A DNA stretch of 64,000 nt, from NCBI RefSeq assembly GCF_009914755.1, contig NC_060937.1, one strand, 5' to 3'. The translations under genes were made by a program, and so were the position numbers. Shown in pieces: positions 32,095 through 46,221 of the stretch (within the stretch, counting starts at the first letter, position 1; each line of letters opens with the position of its first letter). Source of the stretch: the human T2T-CHM13v2.0 reference genome, Homo sapiens. The notes under the pieces are model-generated. The model saw nothing but the letters and a program-made list of their open reading frames with translations, was not told where the DNA came from and searched no databases.

Positions 32095-33113
32095 TGGGAA
32101 CAAGAGATGGAAGTTTCTTAGCTTCTTCAGGATTTTTGCATAATTGGTTTAAGAGTTGTGGAGATCATCCAAAAATTAAATGTGCATGCATGTGGGTGTG
32201 TAGGTTTTCTTTTTGAGAGAGATGGAAAAGAAGGCAAAGTAGGAGACATATTTTTAGAACAGATGTGGTCCAATAGGTAAAAGGAGATGGGGAACACAAA
32301 AGAAAGGATGGTTCAAGATCTCCACTTTAAGAATCAGAATGGATTCTTCTGTGTACAGCCTGTGCTGTCAAGGGATGGATATACAAAGCAAGGACTAAAA
32401 TCCTCAACATTTCAAAATGTGGGGGTTCCAGGGAGACCCACAAATGGGGGTTCTTTGTGGTGCCTGAAGCCACTGTTCTGCCCTGCTGCAGTGATGATCA
32501 GTAGTGTCATGGTAGCTAAAGGAGTAAAAAGAGAGTTTCATTTGCTCACTGTAAGATCACTGCAAACCTACTTTCCTGTGTTGAATTGGGAAGAATGCAA
32601 TAGAGCTCCTTGGGTGGTGTGGGTTTGATCCTGGGTTCTTGTCTCCCAAATGCTGCCCCCATTCTAGTTTTTGTATTTCTCTGGGCTTTTAGAACATCAC
32701 TGAATTGGTGATTGCCAGATGGCCTAGTTTGTGTAAATATAATGTGTTGGTCTTTCTCTATGTTCTTTGGGGTTTATGTTTACAAACATTTTGTATTGAC
32801 AGAAACATAGCCAAAGCATTCAAAGATGGTTGGGTACCAGACAAAAATATCTGAGACATTAGTTTTTGGGGCCGCCTTCTTAAAGTGGAGACCTTGAACC
32901 ATCCTTTCTTTTGTGTTCCCCATCTCCTTTTACCTGTTGGACCACATCTGTTCTAAAAATGTGTCTCCTACTTTGCCCTCTTTTCCATCTCTCTCAATAA
33001 GAAAACCTATACACCCACATGCATACACATTTAATTTTTGGATGATCTCCACATCTTAAACCAATTATGCAAAAATCCTGAAGAAGCTAGGAAACTTCCA
33101 TCTCTTGTTCCCA
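32095..33113. repeat. Long inverted repeat: arms 32095-32333 and 32877-33113, spacer 543 bp
   Basis: Manual alignment of the reverse complement of arm 1 with arm 2 gives 8 substitutions and one 2-nt indel over 239 nt. Confidence 0.95.
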
Positions 33114-33660
33114 AACTCCTGAGTCAAGACCATTTTTTGATGTGACTCGTGACAAACACTTAAGATACTGCTTTATTTTGTTTGGATCCATCCTACTTAA
33201 TCCTTAATCCTAAAGCAGAGAAAAGTAATTGAGGACCTTTCAGGAAGAAGTGGGGTAAGGAGGCCAAGAAAGGGAATATGAATATGTATCCAAGTGACTC
33301 AGGAACTTTTATGCAGGTGCAAGAAACATGTCAAAGTGGCCACAAGATTGTTTAGTAGGAGACATATGGATGTAACGTCTTGTTGACTGGTAGAAACCAA
33401 AGATTTGTGTGAAACTATTAATTTATGGGGAGAGAATGGGAGGGTAGGAAAGCCTATATCTCTCTGTTCTTTTCCTGATCCTTTCCCCTCATTCCTGAAC
33501 TGTAGGAGACTGAGCCCCTTTGGACTTTGGTGACCCCCATCGCTGGGTGTGTTTATTTGATGGTTTATTTTGCTGTACTGGAAACTTTCTTATTTTCTAA
33601 TCATTTTGTAACACACATGTTGACTTTTTCACTTCTCTTCTTTCCTGGGAAAATACGATG

Positions 33661-33670
33661 AATAAATAAA
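33661..33670 (+). terminator. Retained polyadenylation signal of the LIN28A retrocopy
   Basis: Overlapping AATAAATAAA about 20 nt upstream of the residual A tract (33688-33694). Confidence 0.7.
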
Positions 33671-33699
33671 GACTTATTGGAACTGGGAAAAAAATAGAA

Positions 33700-34260
33700 C
33701 TGAGCACAAATACAAAACAGATTCTGGAAAACTAACAAGTATTTAATATATTTAAAGATACTTCAATGCATGGATCATAGGAGTTCCTATAGGTAAAAAA
33801 ACAAAGGGACACACAAAAAAATCCTAAAAACCGTAACCCAAGAAAAAAAATTAAATAGTGTTGGGGCTGCATATACAAGAAGAGCACACCACTAACTTGA
33901 GAATATCAACCCAGAATGACCAATACCATGAGAGATTCCAGTAAAATTACTGTATTTTAAGAAAAAATATCAAAACACTTAAGCATCTAGACAAAGAGTA
34001 AATGGCATAGAAAAGGAAAGAAATGAAATATCAGAAAACATCATTATAATGCTTTATAGCCAAAGAAGATGGTATAAAACATTTAAAGAAATCAAAGAAA
34101 ATATCAAAGAAAAAAACGTGAGCCAAAGATTTTATGACCAACAAAAGTAACTATCAAGTATGATGACCACAGACAAATTGTTATCAACATGCAAAAACTG
34201 AGGGAATGTTTTCATGAGCACTTCCTGAGCAATCTAGCAGAGCAAGCAGTAGAAAACTAT
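33700..34260 (+). mobile_element. HAL1 / old L1 ORF1-like remnant
   Basis: gagccaaagattttatgacc...caacatgcaaaaactgagggaatg..catgagc resembles the HAL1/L1M ORF1 C-terminal region. Confidence 0.5.
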
Positions 34261-36044
34261 AATTCATGGGCCAAACTGCTTTGATTCTGTTTTTTTTTTT
34301 TAATAAGGAGTTATATTTACACAGTCATGTTCACTTATTAACACATCCTTTAATAGTGCTTTCACAGTAGAATGGCATACCTGTGTAATTGCGAGAGAGA
34401 ATATATGGCCTAAAAAAACCCTTAAATGTATACTATCTAGTCCTTCATGATAACAAGTTTTCTGACCCATGAATGAATAATGAACTTCTGATAAGCTACA
34501 AAGAATAGTATGTAGTGGATTTGTGTTCTATCAATGTATATAATGTGACTTGTAAGTGGAGGGGGAAGAATGAATAGAGTATATATAAAATTTATTAAAC
34601 CATATATCATATTTTATCTATACATATATCTATTGATCTATGTATTTATTTGTCCATCTATCCTATCATCCTGATTGTTCAGTTTCATTGGAGAACTCTG
34701 ACTGATACATATTAATAGTACTAATATGGCTATGCTTCAAATACTGTATATTTCAACATAGCAAATAATTAATTATGGTATATTCGATTTCCATATTCTC
34801 TGTAATCTTGAGAACCAGTACTGTCAGTGAGTAAGAGAGGAGACATAGGTGCAATTCAGTGGTATTTTAGTAAAAATCCTGTAGTTAAGAGTTTGGATTG
34901 AAATTATCCACATGAATATGAAACATATTTTATAGTGTTTGTGTATGCTTGTGTGTATTATATATTTTTCTATGTGACCACTGAAAATGCTTAAAAACAA
35001 TGAATAATAAAGTAGCAATGAGCATCTCTAGTTATCTGACTGTAGTCATAAAATGTCATCTCTTACTTAAAGAAAGCAGTGTTTCTTAGAAAAATGACTA
35101 ATTCCAGTATTGGAGCAAAAATTTACAAGATGACCCTGGAGTATCTTGTTACATCAGATAGCAAGAAAGCTATCAGTGTTTATGGGGTACTATCAAAATG
35201 TTAAAACAAGAAACTGAAAAGATTTCTGCTGTCAAATATGACATCATTTGAGCTCATCAAATACAATAATTGCGACAAATTACAACATATGTGTTCAAAT
35301 CCATTAGTTTATAATGATTATTAAAATATTAACAATTTCAGCATTTTCAAATATAGTGACTAAAACAAAATATTTATGTGGCCTTTTCTCTGTGAACCAT
35401 ACCACTAGATAATCAAAGGATAGATGAAGATAAGTGATGATTTATAACATGATTCAATATATAAATACAAACATATAACCGAATATTACCAATTGTCAGC
35501 CTCCAATAAATCAATGTATCTTGCAGTGAATATCAATGGCTAGTGATGTCCAAAAAAAAAAAAAAAGGAATAGCAGATATAATGAGACTCCTTATGAAAT
35601 AACATAACAACAATAATAATCTGGCCAAAGGGATGAAAATCAAGCTTAAATTAAACTCTGAGATTCTGTGACAATTTTGGAGAACTATGAAGAACAGAGG
35701 AACACGCTGAAATGCAACAACAGAATCCAGAAACTGTGGAAAACTCCATTGGTCAAAAGGAAGAGGCACTTTAACAGATACATAGTAAGGGGGAAATTAC
35801 AAGATGGAGGGAGAACGTTTAAAGTAAAATATACCATACAGATCACAAAACTTCTAGTGTCTAGGTATACAAATTATACAAAAATTATAATAAAATTATT
35901 CAATAAGGTAAAATTATAAAGAAATGTAAGAATTGATGATTAAACAAGATAATGGTTACTTGTATGGGAAAAGAAGGATTTGATATTGGGACTGAACACA
36001 AGACAGGAATTTAATGGGGGGGTGGGCAAAGTTTTATTCCTTGA

Positions 36045-36438
<394 letters not shown>

Positions 36439-37743
36439 ATTAAACCATATTTTTACACGTTTTTCATGTATCTGTGTTTTATTTATAACAAATATATTGG
36501 GACCAAAGAACTCATAACCAGGTCAATGAGTATGTGCTATAATCTCAATTTATTCAAAATTGGCTTATAAACAGGAGATATTTTATATTTTTACATAATT
36601 GTAGAGATAGAGATATTTACTGTCACTCTATTTGAGTGCTTTAGTTAATTCTAGTTCAAGTTTTAAAATTTTTCATTTGCATTTATAAAATTTTGAAACA
36701 TAATATTCTTATCTATTTTCTGTAATGTAGCATAATTTCTAGGTACACTTTTAATACATTGGCTGAGTATTAATTGATTCAACATAACTGTCATTTCTGT
36801 GGAGGAACTTTTTGCTTTGGGCTTGCCTATCATTCTTAATTACTTTCTGAAAATGTCCCCGTCTGCCATTCTCTCAGTCCATATGAATAAGGAAGGTCTC
36901 CAGCCCTGGTACTGCACTTAGGACAAGTGATCCACATTATGCCAACTGAAGAACCAAATCCTCCCATCCACAGTGGATTTTATTGAGAGAACACCAGATG
37001 ATATGGTGGTTCTAGTCCGTTTATATAGATCTATATCCTGGCCATAGCATTTATTTCAGGAATAGGCCTAGTAACCATTTTGTAAGCAAGCCAATCGTGA
37101 AAAGTGTGTGATAATATACTAAAATAGAACTCTCTTATTTTGCTATTGGATGTCTAGGTGGATGTAGGATTGGGACTGTGGGAAGAATTATGACTGGGCA
37201 AAATTATGCCTTCATTTCAAACTGGAGAAAAGCCACATGTTAAGGAGAGAGAACGGACTCTGTTTCTTAACCTGTTTGACACTAGGTTAAGATAGAACTG
37301 TTTACATTATAATTTCTCACTTTTCAATTACGTAATATAATCATCTCTAATGGAGTTGTATTTTTTGACAAATTATTAGAGTCACCATGTTGCATTTGAA
37401 CACTAGCATGTCCAAATAACAATTTGTTATGACAGTTATCCTTGAATCTATTTAAACATATTAAATATATCAGGGCATTTGATAAACAATGTTTGGTAAA
37501 ATATTTTGTCAAGCATTGTGGTAAATTAATAAAATTTTACAACATTGTTGAATTTAGAATCTTACATCCTTGTTCATTTATTTGAAAAGGCTTTAGTATT
37601 CTCTACTATGTGAAGTATGAAATATGCAGTTCTAGGTGTGAGAAATGTGACCCGTGTGAGACCAATCTAAGACTGAAGGGATGTAACAGGAAGAGACATA
37701 AAGGTGAAGAAAGTAAGATCTTTCATTTCAAGGACCTTATGAT

Positions 37744-37779
<36 letters not shown>

Positions 37780-37889
37780 AACAGTACATATAAACACACA
37801 CACAATGTCTTATGAAAACATAAGTTCATAATTGTTACTTGCCTAACTTCTTCATTCAGCTGTATCCTATCTTAAACTTTTACTGCTGT

Positions 37890-38335
37890 GACACCATGTC
37901 TTTTATTTGGTTTCTTAGAAGGAGAGCCTGAGATGAAAATTCTTGTTCAAATTATTTAAATGGTTGATCTCAACGAGGAGAGTGAATGAAGCAGGCTAGA
38001 AAACAGAGAGAAAAGCTAAACAAATGTGAGTTATCATTTGAGGACTAAAACACTGAAACACTTGGAAGTTATGAAGCAAAATTTGTACCACAGACATACT
38101 CCCTCTTTAAAGCAACAGGGGGAATGTGTATCGTATGTGTCACTCAGACATTGGCAGAGATCAGCCTGCAGAAGTGAAATTGGTTTAGCCTGCAGGGGAT
38201 AAACATAAGGGTGCAAGGGCCAATTCTCCAGAGAAACAGGAAGACATGAGTTGCTATCAGCCATTATTTTCACTCATTGGCGATGGGTGTCACAGCCAAA
38301 ATGAATCTAGCAGGGGACTAGTAGCATCCACCTCT
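37890..38335. mobile_element. MLT1-type (MaLR) LTR remnant
   Basis: tgtcttttatttggtttcttagaaggagagcctgagatga start is typical of old MLT1; decayed. Confidence 0.5.
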
Positions 38336-38501
38336 TCATGTTTATCAAAGTTAATATAGTTGAAGGTATATTGCTTCTCTCTACCTAGGCTGCCTATCAA
38401 ACCCTGCCGTGCCAGAGAAAGTTGGGCCCTGCTTAAGTGTTGTTTATACAGCACTTTATGCCTCTAGGATCAATTATCACAGTAAATATAATCACTCTCT
38501 T

Positions 38502-38804
38502 TTCTTTTCTTTCTTCTCCTTCTTCTTTTTTTTTTTTTTGGTAAGACACAGAACTTCTCTGTCTCCCAGGCTACAGTGCACGATCTCAACCACTGCAACC
38601 TCTGCTTCTCGGTTCGAGAGATTCTCCTGTCTCAACTTGCCAGGTAGCTGGGATTACAGGAGTGTGCCACAATGCCCAGATAGTCTTTTGTACTTTAGTA
38701 GAGACAGGGGTTTCACTATGTTTGCCAGGCTGGTCCCGAACTCCTGACCTCAAGTAATCTACCCGAAGTGCTAGGATTACAGGTGTGAGCCACCGTGCCC
38801 GGCC
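38502..38804 (-). mobile_element. AluS with small internal deletions
   Basis: Alu dimer; degenerate TSD taatcactctctt / taatcattttctt. Confidence 0.9.
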
Positions 38805-40322
38805 TAATCATTTTCTTCGAAGTAGGTCTTCACAAGTCTGAGACTTACTTGAGGATAATAATTAAGTCTGATTAATCTTTATTTCCTCAGACCAAATGCA
38901 GTAATTAAATGATATATTATTGTAGATTACATATATGTTGTATTTTAGTTTTTTCAAGAAGTTGATAAAATGACAAACACAAAACTGAAATTTGGATATA
39001 TAGCCCAGTTGGTATAAAATAGTGCTTTAGAGGTGAGTCTCTTGGAGTAAGTAAACTACTGTTCAAATGTTTGACAGAGAAGTTCTTTTAACTCCCTAAG
39101 CTTCAATTGCTTAATTTTACATTTTTACAATTAGAATTTTATATTAATTTTATAAGGATGAAAAGTATTGCCATGATCCTGTTTCTTGAACTAATTGAGA
39201 AAATGTATATAAAAGGGATTCGTATAGTAAGTAGAATGGTAAATATTAAGTGTTGAGCATATGCTAGATATTTTAATGATGATTGTAGGAAAAACCATGG
39301 TTGCAAGAAAATTCCAAGTATCAAAATCTCATGTTGATATTTCATGCTTTAAGTAATTTTAAAGAATCAACAGATAAAAAGTAGCACGTTAGACCTGAAT
39401 TTGATATTTTCTGAATCTGTTTTATTAGATATTCAGATTCATGGCACATGACACAATGGATCATGAATATTGTTGCTTTATCTGAAGCTAGACATATCAT
39501 TCAGATCTGTATGTATTCTCATTGCTGAGCATAGAGTTTATCCTGGCAATGTCAATATAACATATTCATGTAATCATGGAATTATTCTCTAAATGGGAGC
39601 TTCATGTTTAGTCTCATATGGTTCTATCAGTTTATAAAATATATCTCAGGAGTGACAGGAAACATGAAAAAGAAAGTACCTTGCATAATGAAGACCTAAC
39701 TCCTGCAGCTTTTTTAATTAATTCAGTTTCTTTAATTAATTATCCTTTAAGACTGTGCCCGCCGTAGCTATGTTTCACTCTGCCAGAACACTAGCAAAGA
39801 TCACCAGACTGTTTCTGAGACAGTTTTTTAAATTTTTTTAGAACTGAAAAATATGAATTCATTTAATAAATTGCCCCATCCAAAATTATGCCAAGAACAC
39901 TTTGAGATGGTGATGGCTGCAATGCATTCTTTCTTCTGAAATCTTTGCTAAGAAACCACATTAATAACTTAAACCTCTAATTACAGATGAAAGGCTTGTA
40001 TTTCATTTTGCCTTTTATACCTGTTTTCAAATGTTCTATTTGCTTTCCACAACTTCTTATTCATCAAAATTTGGGAAGCTATGAATTAGAGGTTTGAGGA
40101 TTATGTAATTCAGAAAAAAACTGCCTAGTTTTTCATTGTCATTAAAAGCTATGAATAAATTAAAATAGTGTAAAAATGTGTTGGATTAATCCACATTTGG
40201 TTGGTTTAAAGTAACATAATACATGTGTATGCATGTCTGTCTGTGTGTGTGTACTTTATCACAATAATGAATATTGCTGGAAAGTGAATGTGCTGGAATA
40301 GCTTCAGAGAGCTTATCTCCAT

Positions 40323-40824
40323 ATATTTTCTTAATTGGCACATTATTGTACATATTTATGGGCTACAGTGTGAGATTTTCATACGTGTATTCAATGGGTA
40401 ATGATCAAATAAGGGTAATTAGCATATCCACCAACTCAAACAATTATTATTTATTTGTGTTGGGGACATTCAAAGTCCTCTCTTCTAGCTATTTGAAAAT
40501 ACGCTATAAATTATTGTTAATTGTAATCACTCTACAGTACTATAGAAAACTAGAAACTATTGCTTCTATCTAGCTGTAATTTTATACCCCTTAACCAAAC
40601 TCTCCCTATCCTGCCCTCACCACTACCTTTCCCAGCCTCTAGTAAGCATTATTCTACTCTACTTCCATGAGAGCAATTTATTTTTGCTTTCACATACAAG
40701 TGAGAATGTGCAGTATTTATCCTTCGATGCCAGGCTTATTTCACTTATCTTAATGTCCTCCAGGGTTATCCATATTGCCATGAAAGGCAGGATTTCGGTT
40801 TTTCTTATAGCGAAATAGCATTTC

Positions 40825-40859
<35 letters not shown>

Positions 40860-43444
40860 ATATATATATAAAATATTTTTAATACATTCATCTATTAATG
40901 GACAGTTAGTTTGATTCCATGTTTTGAGTATTATGAATAGCACAGCAATAAACATGAGAGTGCTGATATCTATTTCACATATTGATTTCCTTTCCTTTGG
41001 ATATATACACAGTAGATGGATTGGTTGATTTAATGGTAGTACCATTTTTAGTTTTTTGAAAAACTTTTATAGTGTTTTCCATAATGGCTATGCTAATTTA
41101 CATTACCACCAACAGTGTATAAGTGTTATCTTTCTTTTCTCCACATTCTCACCAGTATTTGTCATTTTTTTCTCTTTTTGTAAGTAGCCATTGTAATGTG
41201 AGTGAGGTCATATCTCATTGTGGTTTTGATTTGCATTTCTATCATGATTAGTGATGTCGATTATTTTTTATGCACTTGTTGGACATTTGTATGTTTTCTT
41301 TTCAGAAATGTCTATTCATATAATTTGCTCATAAGTAAACCAATTTATTTGGTATTTTGCTGTTGAGTTGTTTGGGGTTTTGTGTATTATAGATATTAAT
41401 CCTTTATCAGATGAATGGTTTGTAAGTATTTTCTACTATTCTGCAGGTTTTCTCTTCACTCTGTGGATTGTTTCCTTTGCTGTGCAGAAGCTTTTTAGTT
41501 TGATATAATGCCTCTTGTCTATTTTTGCTTTCATTGGCTGTGTTTTTTTATATCTTATCCATAAATTCTTCGCCCAACCCAATGTTTTGAAGTGTTTCCC
41601 GTGTTTTCTTCTACTAGTTTCATAGTTCCCCATCTTACATTTAAGTCTTTAATCCATTTCGAGTTCATATTTGCATATAGTGAGAGAAAGCGGTCTAGTT
41701 TTCTTATTCTGCATATGGATATCCAGTTTTCCCAGATTAGTGAAGAGATTGTTATTTCCTCAATGTAAGTTCTTGGCCCCTTTTTTAAAACTCAGTTGGC
41801 TGTAAATATGTAGATTTGTTTCTGGGTTTTCTATTTTGTACCATGTTTTTATGCCAGTATCATGTTGTTTTGATAACTATAGCTTTATAATATATTTTGA
41901 AGTCAGGTAGTGTGTGTCACCAACTTTGTTCTTTTTACTTAGAATTGCTTTACTCGTTGACATATTTTGTGGTTCCATATAAAGTTCAGAATTGTTTTCC
42001 TATTTGTGTAAAGAATGTTTTTGTATTTGGTTAGGGATTGGGTTGAACCTACACATTGGTGTGCATAATAGGTTTACTTTCATAGTACTAATTCTTCCAA
42101 GCCATAAACAAGGGATGTCTTTCCATTTGATTGTGTCCTCTTCATAGTCTTCCTTGTAGAGATATTTCTTATCTTTTGGTTAAATATATATTTTAGGTAT
42201 CTTTTATATTTTTGTAGCTATTGTGAGATTTCTTTCTTGATTTTTTTTCAGCTAGTTTGTTATTGTTGTATAGAACTGCTACTAATTTTTGTATGTTGAT
42301 TTTTGCATCATGTAACTTTACAGAATTTGTTTATCAGTTCTTAGAGTTTTTTTGGTGGAATCTTTAGGCTTTTCTCTGTATAAAATTATGTCATCTGTGA
42401 ACAGGAACAATTTCACTTCCTCCTTTCTAACTTGGATGGCTTTTATTTCTTTCACTTGCCTAATTGCTGTGGTAAAGACTTCCAGTTCTGTGTTCAATAA
42501 CAGTGGTGAAAGTGGGCATCAAAGTGAGCGTGCTTGTCTTGTTTCAGGTCTTAAAGGAAAAGCTTTCAACTTTTCCTTAATCAGTATAATGTTGGCAGTG
42601 GGTTTGTCACATATGGCCTTTATTGGGTTGAGATACATTCCTCATATATCTAATATGTTGAGAATTTTTATCATGAAGTGATGTTGACATTTATCAAATG
42701 TTTTTTTCTGCGTCTATTGAGATAATCACATCTTTTGTCCTTTATTCCCCTGATGTAGTGTATCACATTTATCAGTTTACATATATTGAACGATTCTTGC
42801 ATCCTTGGAATAAATCCTACTTTATCATGGTATATAATATTTTTGATGTGTTGTTGCATTCTGTTTGCTAGTATTTTTCTAGAACTTTTACATCTATGTT
42901 TATCAATGATATTGGCTTATAGTTTTCTACATTTTTGTTGTATTTTTTATCAGGTTTTAGCACATGGGTAATGCTGGACTTGTAGAATGAGTTTGGAAGA
43001 ATTTCCTACCCTTCAATTTTTTGGTATAATTTGAGAAAAATTAGTGTTAGTTCTTTTTTAAATTTTGGTGGAATTCAGCAGTGAAGCCATCCAGTCCTGG
43101 GCTTTTTTGTTGGTGTTGTTGTTTGGATTTTTTTTAAAAAATGCTAAGTCAATATTGTTACTTGTTATTATTCTATTTAGAGTTTCTGAAATTGAAGACA
43201 GGTGTCTTTAAATAGTAAGACAAAAATAAAACACAAAAATAATAGAATAAAGAATGAAGAAGTCCTATGGGACATATGCGACACCATTAGGTAAACAAAT
43301 ATTTACATTAAGAAATGTCCACAAGAAGAAAAAATAGGAAAACATAATAGAAAACTTAATAAAATAACAGCTGAAAACATCCCAAATCTTTAGAGAGATA
43401 TGGACATCCTAACACAGGAAGCTCAAAGGTCTCCAAATAGATTC
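40323..43444 (-). mobile_element. L1MA-type LINE: 3'UTR and ORF2 on minus (to ~43187) joined to an inverted ORF1 piece (plus, ~43183-43444)
   Basis: ORF2 fragments ([27 protein letters not shown]); plus-strand ORF1-like gctgaaaacatcccaaatct..caggaagctcaaaggtctccaaatagattc; TSD AGCTTATCTCCAT (40310) / AGCTTATTTCCAT (43445). Confidence 0.85.
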
Positions 43445-44782
43445 AGCTTATTTCCATTCTCTTACCTGACCTGCATGATGCAATTAAATTAAGCACTGTA
43501 AGATAAATATCAAAATATGTATTTAAAGACCCAATATTTATATGTGGGCAAAAATAAAATGTTGAAATTTCACTAATTTTGTTTTTTACTCGAAATTTCC
43601 CCTCCCCTTTATCAGGGTTCATATTATAAATCCATCCTTTTAAACTACATTTTTCAGTACTTTTTTATTTCCCAGGCTCTGTTTTAGGCAGTATTTTCCA
43701 GGATCATTGTAAATAAGATATACAAAACCTCTGCTATTAGACGAATTATATTTTTATTGCGAAGACAGAAAATAAATTATAAACTGGTATGATATCAAGT
43801 CATAATTAAGTGCTTTGGAGAAACATGTAGGGCAGGCAATGTGTTGTGAGATGGTGGAAAGGCTGCTTTATAGAGTCCACAGGACTGGCCTTTGTGAAGA
43901 GCTAATATTTTAGCAAAGATTTTAAATGATGTGGGCAGCAATAGTTGTAGGACACATAATGTGTATAGGCTTTTAGGTATAAATAAACTTGGTATATCTT
44001 AGATGCACAAAAAATGCCTCATGTGCAAGAAGGGAGACTTAGGGAGAAAGAGCCTCAAGGAGAGGAGATAAGCACAACAAAGTGCTCCCCTTGGCTCTTA
44101 CTGGAACCCTATTTTCATTGACGTTTTTAGTAGCCAAGCCCCAAAAATTTTATAATACTCTTTCCATCTCTTTATTATCCCCAGCACCTACTTCATTAAA
44201 AATAAATTCTGCTTCTAAGTGGTTTCTAAAACTTTTATATAAATTAGGGGCTTCTATTTAATTGTTCCAATTACCCCCAAGGCCTACATAGAGATATGAG
44301 AAATCTAAAGTTATTCTAGGATCAGGAGACTTCTCTCTTGTTAGAGGTTTAACATTTAATAATACATAAATCAGTGTTTCTCTGGACAGATCTTACTAAT
44401 GAGCACAAAGTTATATAAAAACAACTCTCCTTTAAAATAAAATGTCCCAACCATTTGACTCCTAAAGTAATATGTGACTTCTGCTGTTCTCTTGCAAGAG
44501 GGGGAAATTATTAAATATTCTTCAGGGACTTTCTCCAAGCTTATACCCGCTTTCATTTTTATCTTGCAAGCTTAGATGTTCATAGATAGAACTTTAAACC
44601 ATATTCTGTAGGGTGAAGAAGAGCATTTTTATCCTTTTATCTACTTTCTCATTAGCCAGACATTAGTTAATCATTGAAAATAGAGTCCTTACCTGAATAT
44701 ACATGAACTAGAAAATCTTTCAGGGTCCTGTCACTCAGCAATTTCTTCTTGAATAAGCCTCCCAGGGCTATGATACTAATAA

Positions 44783-45477
44783 TGTAAGATAAATACAAAT
44801 AGAAAAAAAATTACTCTTGGAAACAAGGGAAGAGACACTCTCTACAATCTACTCCCTTTTATTAAATATTTACTTCATATTCTATCACTTGTTAATGTAA
44901 GTTCCTTCTTAGTCTCTTTGAAATGTATGTAAACCTTTTTAAGAGCTAAACAAGCCTCCTGTCAGTTTTAAGATTCAGGAATTACTTTCTCAAGGACCCG
45001 GGGATGATCTTTTGGAAATGGAATCTTTAAGGAAGATGGTACTACCACTCTCTGTGCCTTGGTAAGAGACTAACTTCAGTGGGAACCTTACCTTATGTTG
45101 CAAAGCATCTTGTGTCATAAAGATATAAGAAGTTTGTTTGTTCTCTGGATAAAGCTAATTAGCTAACACACATGGTCATCACAATTGCCAGGTAAATCTA
45201 GGATGAACTATGTTTGACAAATAGTGCTGTCCTTTTTGCTTTAGGACTAGCTAGAGTTTATCTTAAAAACATGGATGTAATAGGTTCTATCTGCTTGGCT
45301 ATATAAAAAGGTGAGATTTTTTTCTTGTATTTGCAATCCCATAGGGATCTGTCTGTGATGTGTATCACATTCTGGCTTAATGATTATTCAGCAATAATGT
45401 GTTTTCTTTCTCTACTGCCATTGTGGAGAGGTTTTCTGGGTTTCAAAGACATTTTATATTTAATTACATTTTCCACA
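44783..45477 (+). mobile_element. ERV1-type solo LTR (MER34/MER4-group-like)
   Basis: TG...CA ends; TATAAAA at ~45300-45308; 3' end cacattctggcttaatgattattc..gtggagaggttttctggg is typical of this LTR group. Confidence 0.6.
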
Positions 45478-46130
45478 AATTTCATAGACTGTAGATCCTG
45501 AGCCAGGGATGAGATGGGGAGTGGGCAGTATCTGCTTGAGGCTGATAAAAGGAGGATCTGAAAGATATTTATAAGAAAAAAATATATCAAGTTGGAAAGA
45601 TTATAAGAGCATAAATTTGAAGGTGAAGATACTGGGTTCAGGCTTTGAGAAACAAATCAGAGATATAACAATGAGTTTCAAATCTTGATTTAAAGATGAA
45701 ATACAGATTTCCTAATGTGCTGTTATATGGGCAACCATTACTTAGCTCTGACCAAGAGTGTTAACATTGTTCAGACGTTGTTGGGGCTTTGCTGGCATCC
45801 TGCACCTGAATACATTGAAAAAAGCAAAATGCTTTGTTTTTCTCCCCCTGAAATAAAGACTTTTAAGCACATTTATTGTTCAGAACACCTGTGTTCCAGG
45901 CATCTATTTAAGGCATTCTAAATTCTAAGGAAATTTCTCCAAATCATATCTTAATCAGCAAAAGGGTGACAGAATCTAGCAAAGTCTAGGAAGATCAACA
46001 AGGACAGAAATGAAAAAACAGCTCAAAGAATAAATATAATTTGTGGTCTAAGAGCAGAAGGAATTTGTTATACTATCTTTATGCTCCTTGCTACAAAAGT
46101 AGGCATGGGCTCCCAGGTGTATTTCTGATC

Positions 46131-46133
<3 letters not shown>

Positions 46134-46190
<57 letters not shown>

Positions 46191-46221
46191 GGAGAGAGAG
46201 AGAGAGAGAAAGAGAGTGAGA
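46134..46221. repeat. (TG)n(GA)n microsatellite
   Basis: About 26 TG units followed by a GA run. Confidence 0.95.
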
